Shown here one piece after another: positions 49,749-64,000 of a DNA stretch of 64,000 nucleotides. Positions within the stretch are counted from its first letter, which is position 1. Each line of letters begins with the position of its first letter. This DNA is from Vitrella brassicaformis CCMP3155. Its lineage: Eukaryota > Protista > Chromerida. The notes beneath the pieces are model-generated. The model did no database searches and was not told the DNA's origin. It worked only from the letters and a program-made list of their open reading frames with translations. The position numbers and the translations under genes were made by a program. Location of the stretch: the NCBI GenBank assembly GCA_001179505.1, contig CDMY01000296.1, positions 67,349 through 131,348 on the forward strand. Reading direction: 5' to 3'.

Positions 49749-50770
49749 ATGCGGAGAAGAGTGTGCATGCGGCAGGATTCGTCGATTTGCAACAGGCATG
49801 GACAACTGCAGTGGAGGAGAATGGACGGATATTCGATGAAGGCACCGGACGCCGGCAGGAGGGCTGAGGTCATGAGGAGCGTCGAGACACAAGCTGCGAC
49901 ACGGCGACATGAATCCACCCACAGACCACCGTGAGAGAGATGCTTGACAGACAGCAAATGCTGGCAAACTCCTGGCATGCTCTTTGTGCGCGCGTGTGTG
50001 TACATGTGGCTCTTTCTTTCCGCTTAGGCAGCTGCATTATGCTGGGACCGTGTGCCGTGACCCGTCTGCACTGATGAAGAAACCCGCAAGAGCCAAAGGC
50101 ACGTTTTCTTGCAAGGCAAACCCGCCCAGCCGTCTCCCCAGCTGTCTGTTTATCTCCCCCTCTCTCTGTTCCATGCCATGCACGCAGACGCTGTTCGGGC
50201 CACCCTGGCGGTTCTTGAGAGCAAGACACCGAGTGAGAGGACTCCCTGTCTATGACTGCAGACGCATCTATCATGAAGGGCCCTTCATGCAATCAATGCA
50301 TTGTCATTCGTGCAGCCGTCGAGAGAAGAGAGGATCTCGAGTATGATGGCGCCTCAGCTGCTCGTCCGCCAATGCCGCCGACACAGCGGAGAGGCAGGAG
50401 TGTGGGGCCGCATGCCGCCGCCATCCGGAAGGCTGTCAGCTCTTTGTCGGTCTCCAAGTTGAACACGACCCGTGAAGAATCGGTGACCCGCGAGACAGAG
50501 GAAGGCACATACACACACACTCCTTCATCTAATTGATTGGTTCCCTTGGTGTGCCTTCAGGAGGTTGGGGCTTTTTACGACTGGTTGGCCTCGCATGGTC
50601 TGGAGGGGTACATGGCCCAGCTGCTGTCGAATGGATTCTCAATAGACGTATGTAAAAGGGAACGAACATGCATACGAGGGGCTGGCAACCAGACGCATCA
50701 GCCCACACTGTTGCTACGCGCAGGTGCTGTCGCGGGGGTGTGATAACGGGGAGCTCCATAGGCGAATGAG
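49749..50770 (+). CDS. Possible hypothetical protein with SAM-domain-like exon
   Basis: Exon 50561-50648 EVGAFYDWLASHGLEGYMAQLLSNGFSID resembles a SAM domain N-terminus and has good splice sites. The remaining exons are not resolved. Confidence 0.3.
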
Positions 50771-51231
50771 AGAGGTCCTCACCTTCCAAACAGGTAGGCA
50801 CTAGTGTCAAGCGCACACGAGTTCACACTACATGAAGCAGCGATATCGATTGCCCTATGGTCTGGTGGAATGCTGTCTGCAGAGGCCGACTGCAGGCGAC
50901 TGTTGAAAGCGGTCAAGGCTCTGGCGGGCCCTGAAAGGCACTGAAAGAGTGTGTCGTAGGCCAGACCCGTATCATCGATAGCGCCACACGTGCATGTATG
51001 TACGGACATCTCCCGATGGATGGATGGATGGACACGCCTCGTTTGTGTCTTGCTACGACTCTCTCTCTACCTTGGAGTGCCGATAAATGTTGTTTCGCAT
51101 AGCCAAGCGGGAACTGCGTATACTGTGCATGGCTGTCTTCGTCACTATACTTGCATGGCAGTGACGAGCGAACAAGGGAGACGCCCCCCAGGACGACCCG
51201 CGTCTCGCCGTTTGTAAATTAATGCGGCGGA

Positions 51232-53037
51232 ATGATGTTTGTGGTGGTTTTGGCTTCTCTGACCTGTTGTGCGGTGGGTGCTCCATTGCCATGGTGGCAG
51301 GAATCTTCACTCGCCAACGCCAAGTCCATGGCGCTGACGTACGGGCTCTTCCATGAAGATGAAGGCACACTCAGATCAGATCTGGCATGCACTGTGTGCA
51401 TGGATGGCGTCATGCAGCATGGACAGGGAAGCTAAACGATACTTCTCTTACTCGGAGGGACACATTGCAGGTAGGTACATACGTACAGTACTGCATGGTG
51501 GCACACTCACATCTGTTTCTCTTGTGGGTGGATCTGTTGTGGTATCGGTGCTGTCTGCAGAGAGCGAGAAGGTTCTGCAGATGTACTTCGAGTACTCAAG
51601 GAACCCCCTCGTCAAAACGGTGAGGCACAATCAGCCGGCCCATTGGCACACATTGGATTGTGTGCGACCCGGCCCGGCCCTGTCTGTGCCGTTTGTTTGT
51701 TTGTGTCCCTTCCATTGCAATGGATTGGCAGATATATGAGACCGGCTTCAACGGTGGCCACAGTAGTGCCATCTTCCTCACGGCCAACCCCACCGCACGG
51801 GTCATCTCATTCGACATCGGACAACACCCATACACACAGGGCAACGTACGGACGGACGAGTGCACACACACACACACACACACACAAGGCTCCGCTGCTG
51901 CTGAATGGATGGATGGATGGATTGCGATGCAGGCGGGAGTGTTGAGGGGTCTGTATGGCGAGAGGTTCCAAGTGGTGTGGGGCGACTCGCGCAACTCCAT
52001 CCCCTACATGCAGCGAATGATGCCGCAACTCAGGTGTCCACTCATGGATGGATGGATGGACGGATGGATGGATGGACGGATGGCCTGTGTGTGTTGACGT
52101 GTGTGCAGGTGCGACCTCTTCAGCGTGGATGGGTCACACTCCTTTGAGGGTGCGTTGGGAGACCTGCTCAACTTCCACAGAATGGCCTCGTGCAGAAACT
52201 GGATACTCATGGTACAGCTTACATGCCCTGTCTGTCTGTCTGTGACAATTCATCTGTGGTGGGCAACTGTTTTGGCGCCTGTCTGGTGGCAGGACGACGC
52301 CGGCTGGCGGTCGGTGAATAGGGCGTGGCAGACGGCAAAGGACCTGGGCATCGTCACACAGCTCGAGTGCTTCGCTGACACGCACGGAGCGCTCAACTAC
52401 CCATTCATCGACACGCCCGACAACCGCACGTACGAACGAAGAGTCAGTCCCCCCGGCCCCNNNNNNNNNNNNNNNNNNNNNNNNNNNNNNNNNNNNNNNN
52501 NNNNNNNNNNNNNNNNNNNNNNNNNNNNNNNNNNNNNNNNNNNNNNNNNNNNNNNNNNNNNNNNNNNNNNNNNNNNNNNNNNNNNNNNNNNNNNNNNNNN
52601 NNNNNNNNNNNNNNNNNNNNNNNNNNNNNNNNNNNNNNNNNNNNNNNNNNNNNNNNNNNNNNNNNNNNNNNNNNNNNNNNNNNNNNNNNNNNNNNNNNNN
52701 NNNNNNNNNNNNNNNNNNNNNNNNNNNNNNNNNNNNNNNNNNNNNNNNNNNNNNNNNNNNGAGTGCATTCGACAACGGGGCGCGACAGCTGAAAGAGCTG
52801 GAGCAGCAGATCATCAGGGCGGCACAGATTGGGGGTGGGGGTGGGGGGTGGGCCGGCAAGAATGCGACAGCATGTAGTGGACAGCAGAATGGGACGGCGT
52901 GCAGCCAGCAGACGCAGCAGACGGCAGAGGGAGAGCGAGACACCGCCAGAGGAGGTCTGCCGCCTTCGTATGACGCTACGTGTCGGTGGTTTGCTGAGCG
53001 GCCGGTGTCGACACGGACGCTCGTCAGGCCCGTGTAG
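51232..53037 (+). CDS. Secretory-pathway class I SAM-dependent methyltransferase (Methyltransf_24-like)
   Basis: Signal/anchor MMFVVVLASLTCCAVGA; IYETGFNGGHSSAIFL, VISFDIG, VVWGDS, CDLFSVDGSHSFEGALGDL, LM|DDAGW. Interrupted by the gap at 52461-52760; the tail frame after the gap is inferred. Confidence 0.8.
52461..52760. other. Assembly gap (300 N) inside the methyltransferase gene
   Basis: N run seen directly, preceded by a C-rich run. Confidence 1.
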
Positions 53038-53528
53038 CAGTGGGAAGCTGTAGCCACGTGTGTATGTCATGTGTACAGTGAGCCAATGGAATGGAATGAT
53101 GTGTGTGTAGGGGGCGGGGCAGGCAAAAGCGTCACATCAAGACAGACACCGAGGTGTGAATATCTGTCCGTATCAACTGACCTTTCCTTTCTGTGCTCCA
53201 CGGACGTCAACAGCTAATGTACACCCACACGCCGACCCGACGCACATGGACAGGCACAGGCACAGGCACAAGTGTGGCCGCGTGCCGTGGCCGCGCAAAA
53301 AAGCATGCGAGCAGCCAGCCAGCCAGCCAGCCATTGATCGCTGATCCTTCCCTTCATTAATCAGAAAGATAAGACAGACAGACTGCACCCGACAAACCAA
53401 ACCAGTACACATGCACCCATCAATCACATCAACCAAGCCGAAAAACCGGCTGGCTGTTTGGCATTTCACTCCCACACTCCCCCACACACAGACACACACA
53501 TACTCGACTCGTTCTCTCTCATGTCATG

Positions 53529-59772
<6,244 letters not shown>

Positions 59773-60826
59773 CGTTAGTCTCGTGCCTTCTTAGGCGACT
59801 TTGAAATTCAACGAATCTCTCAACGGGGTGAACTCCTGCTGAACTACCAATTCGTTTCGGCTTTTCTCCACGAGATCACCTTTGGCTGCGAGCTAAGCTT
59901 GCAGACCTGCGCGCTCAAAAAGAATGTCACTTCGCCACTGCCAGTGCAGGATGCACCTGCTGACGTGCTGACGGTGAGGCATGAACACAAAAGCAAACAG
60001 ACAGACAGACAGACAGATGAATGGATGACGACTTCTGGCTGTCTGTGTCTGTCCGTGTGTCTGTCTGTCTGTTCTCACTGCAGATGGCATTGCTGGCGAT
60101 GGCGTCGTTGTGCGCTTGATTGGTCAATGGCCGTCAAATGGGCTTACCCCGTATGTCAGCAATGTGGAGAGGAAGGTGCGTGACAGTGTGTGTGTTGCGC
60201 GTCCAGGGATGGGACTCGAGTGATGGCTGGGTCGTGCTGGTACGCTGCCGCCCGGCAGTTTGCAATTGGGGCTCCCGACGGCTGGGGCTGAAGAGTCTAC
60301 TGTGCTACTGGGTTGGATCTTGCGGCTCTTGGGTGTGCTTTCAGCGTTTATTCCAGCAAGGTATGATTGCGGTTGCTTGATTCGGTTTGTCCGCGACGGT
60401 CCGCCTCCATGCATGATGAGACGACTGCATGGATGAGGTGAAACCATTGTGAGGATGGGCATGTGGGTGGTGGTGTGTGTTGGTTGGGGCGGGAGGGGCT
60501 TGGTGCTGCATGTTGATGGCGGGAAAACGGGTGTGACTGAGCAAGAGAAGTACTATAGCTAGTGTGGTGGTGGGGAATGTGTGTTTTTTTGCAGCTGCCT
60601 GTGGTGTTCTTTGTTTGTGTATGAGTGTCCGCTCGCCTGTTGATTTGGTGGTACTATACTGTACTGTACGTGTGTTGTGATATATATGTAGGCGTGCGTA
60701 CGTACACACACTTGTGGCTCACTGATTGATTGACTCACTGATTGGTCAATTGATTGACTCATTGGTGTCTCGTTGACAGCATTGATTGATTGACGTCACT
60801 CACGTGCACTGATTGGTTCACTGACG

Positions 60827-63244
60827 ATGAGTGAGTGTGGGTTGAGCGTGTCGTCGCGTGGCGACAGCAGCAGCAGCTGCAGCTCTGTGGTGCGGGTCGT
60901 GTCGAGCGAGGCGGACGGCGGCGGGCAGTTTGTGCGAGTCACTGCCGTGCCTCACTGCCCGCCTACAAAGTCGGCTCCGCCGGCAACGGGTGAGTGAATG
61001 AGTGAATGAGTGAGCGTTCCTCTCTCATTCATTCTGAATGTGACGCTCAACTGCACCCAACAGCCGTCACTCATCAGTGAGACAGCTCAGGTGGACAGCG
61101 GATGGGAGGCTAATCTGTGTGTGTGTGTGCTCAGGCTTGATCGAGCATACCAAGCGCAAGGCCAGGTGAGTGAGACATGGAATGACACACACGCATCTCT
61201 GTCTGTCTCCATCTGTGTGTGTCTGCATCTGTGTGTGTGGCGTCTTTCCATTCCAGGTCGTTCAAGAAGCGCGTCAAGTCGGGCCGGATCTACGACTCCA
61301 TGTGCATCAAGTGCATGGGCCTGCCTGTCCTCTCGCTCGACACACACGATCACGCCGACCCCGACAAGGCGACGCTGCGCTGCTCGTCCCTCCTCGACAG
61401 TCTCGTGTCAGTCACCATGCATCACACAGACACACCCACGCTGCTCGGTACAGACACACACATCCATCCATCCACACAGGCATCCACTGTGGCATGCATC
61501 AGATGTGTCTGAGGCTGTGTTGTTCTCGTCCAAACCTCTCGTGTTTTTCCCCACGCATCGCCTCATACTCAACTGCATCCATCAGAAGCACATCTACGAG
61601 TGGGTCAAGCGGCGGGTGTCGCCGGATCTCTCCATGTCGCCCACAAAGAGCGCCAAGGAGGTCAGCCCACCCACTGGCCACCAACAACCAAACACACTCA
61701 CCGCTTGGTGCATTGGATGCATCCATCCATCAGGCGGGTGACAGTCTGATCAGCGGTGGCGGCAAGGCCACTGGCGCAGACGTGTCGGGGTCCCCCACGC
61801 GAGCGATCTCAGCCAAGCCTTCGATGGCTCAGACGATCGCCCAGGACAATCTCATCACACCCAAGTGAGACAGCAACACCACCGGCAACACGCATCTACT
61901 CATGCATGTGTGTGTGTGTGTGTGTCGCAGGGATTCGGTGGCCCATGTGGTGGAGTGCGAGGAGAGCAGCGACAGTCTCGACGGCGTGTCGGCCTCGTCG
62001 TCCGATGCTGATGATGCTGAGGAGGCGGAGGATGTGCTGTCGTTCCCACCCACGCCCTTCTCGTCTGTGCCCTTCCCTCCCCCCGACTGCCCGCCACACA
62101 TCGACACGGCCCCACCCGCCCTCTTGGCCTTCGAGTTGTGCTTCGCTGCCAACGACAAGATCAAGATGCACGCGGTAAGCCACACACACACCCCCAACGC
62201 ATGTATCGACACCCATATGTGTGTGTGTGTGTTGCAGGTGGAGGTCGCGCCGATGAGCAATCCGGCACACACGGTCTTCGCACCGCCCGACTCGGTGTAG
62301 GCAGCCGGCAGCCGGCAGATGCACACACTCACATTGACGTGGCTGAGATGGATATGTATGTATGTGTGTATCTGTCCATCCATCCAGTGAGATAGAGTTT
62401 TGGCTGGAGTCATGCAACAAGCAGACACCCGTCGTGACACAAGCCATCGGGAGCTTCGAGGTCACCAAAGCATGACGCACAAGACGTGCATGTCGGTCGG
62501 TCTGTCTGTCTGTGTGTGTCCGATTGCAGGCCGATCACGCGTGTCAGATGTCGTGCTGCGCTGGTGATGAGCTCGTCATCCACATGCGCACCACAACGCA
62601 GTGGACATACGCAACTCACGCCACCTCTCGTCTATCTGGGTGAGGCCAGCACACACACACACATATATATATGTCGATGTGCAATGGTTGTGCAGGTGGG
62701 TGCCGACGTGTGTGTGTCCGATGCCGATGTGGTCCGAGTGTGAGATACAGAATGTCGTCTGCCAGAACGTCGTCACCATCCTCAACCCGCCGTCTCGTGT
62801 GAGTGGCCAAGCCCGACAGACAACCAACACTGTGTACTTGTGGATGCCCCTCTGTGTGTGTGGTCTCAGCGTGTGTGCTTTCCGGCGTTGCAGTGCTCCG
62901 TTGGCGACAAGGTGGTGATCCTGCAACACGGGGCCGTCAGGACACACACTCAGGGCGCGTCAGTGCTCGTCAGGGCATACGGACAACCGCACAGAGAGGG
63001 GTAAGGGCACACACACACACACACGTCACCGCATTGTATGTCCGGCAACCACACTTCAGCTACGTGAGCTGCGCTGACATCGGTCTGCCCATCCCCCACA
63101 GCAAGACACGACAGGTGAGGACAGAGTCTTGCTGCACGATGGCCTCTGTGTGTGGGTGTCACTCTCTCTCCTGCACTGTGTGTGTGTATCTGTGTGCGTT
63201 AGGTCTGGAAGAAGCTGGGGCATCCGGTGCTCATGAAGGAGTGA
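60827..63244 (+). CDS. Hypothetical protein with tandem C-terminal SH3-like domains
   Basis: Spliced VVTQAIGSFE|ADHACQMSCCAGDELVIHMRTTTQWTYATHATSRLS|GWVPTCV fits the SH3 consensus. A second degenerate unit is CSVGDKVVIL...REG|YVSCADI. Upstream exons encode a Cys/His-containing segment and an acidic linker. Last exon uncertain. Confidence 0.65.
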
Positions 63245-63473
63245 TCGGTGTCAATCGACTCAGACAGAGACAAGCAGACCCTCAGACCGACAAACAGCGA
63301 GGAACAGACACTCAGACAGAGACAGCAGACAGACAGACCGACAAAGAGAGGGTGGAGGGATCGATGCGTGTGACGGTGAGCTGCGTGAACTGTGAGAAGT
63401 TACAGCATAGGGTGCACACACAACCACACATACAATGTGGTATGGTGGGTGTTATGGACACCAACACCGACCG

Positions 63474-63521
<48 letters not shown>

Positions 63522-64000
63522 GCACATGCACAGTGCACGCCCCGCCCCCTCTCTCTCTCCCCTCTCTGCACACACAGCCCACCCCAGCGCACATCCGTGT
63601 GTGGCAAGGTGCCTGCCTGTCTGCTGTGTACTCCTGCACACGCGCATTCACGAAATTCACAAACCCAACGCATAATTAGGGTTTAGTTGAGCACATCAGC
63701 CGCCTCGCCGCCCCCCTGCAATGGGAAAAAGCTCTCAAAATCAGAGAGTGTTTACAGTTGCGAGCTTGAGTGGTGCTAGGGGTCGCTAACGGCCCATGCC
63801 CTTTCCGAAAACACAACAGCACCAGAGAGGCGCTCACACAGAGAGGCCACACACGAAGCGAGGAGCAGCCAGAAGGCCCCCCAGCTGACATCTCTCTCTG
63901 TCTGTGTTTGCCTGTCTTCAGGAAGATGCTGCCCATTCTCAGCGAATCGGCCATCCTGTGAGGTGCCCTAGCAAAGTGTTTGTGGCCCATCTATGAAAGC

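Noticed and set aside
63250-64000. Possible minus-strand gene fragment at the window end (MGHKHFARAP...)
   Set aside because: No recognisable motif and ambiguous splicing; it cannot be supported from this window.

Overview
Eukaryotic, intron-dense genomic DNA from a photosynthetic alveolate, most likely a chromerid of the Vitrella brassicaformis type. This assignment is inference, based on microsatellite-filled GT-AG introns ((GT)n, (CAGA)n, (GGAT)n) and nucleus-encoded plastid proteins with signal plus transit peptides (PRK, Rieske). About 20 protein-coding genes were reconstructed by hand from ORF fragments and splice sites, many in tight head-to-head pairs. Confident calls: DUF1624/HGSNAT-like acyltransferase, ER GPx-like protein, plastid Rieske protein, TFIP11, GPI8/PIG-K, PRK, a VKOR-thioredoxin fusion, a secretory methyltransferase and full-length DPYD. 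No rRNA, tRNA, CRISPR or transposon was recognised. There are four 300-N assembly gaps, each next to a G- or C-rich run. Main findings: (1) a VKOR fused to five tandem thioredoxin-like domains built from symmetric phase-1 exons, with no recognisable plastid presequence and with N-glycosylation sequons, suggesting a self-contained secretory-pathway disulfide-generating module; (2) a full-architecture FMR1/FXR-like protein (Agenet x2, KH0, KH1, KH2, RGG) in an alveolate; (3) a TSC1/hamartin-like protein; (4) an HDEL-tagged glutathione peroxidase lacking three of four catalytic residues; (5) an intronless, possibly foreign beta-rich gene. All family assignments come from recalled motifs, not database searches, and exon boundaries are manual.
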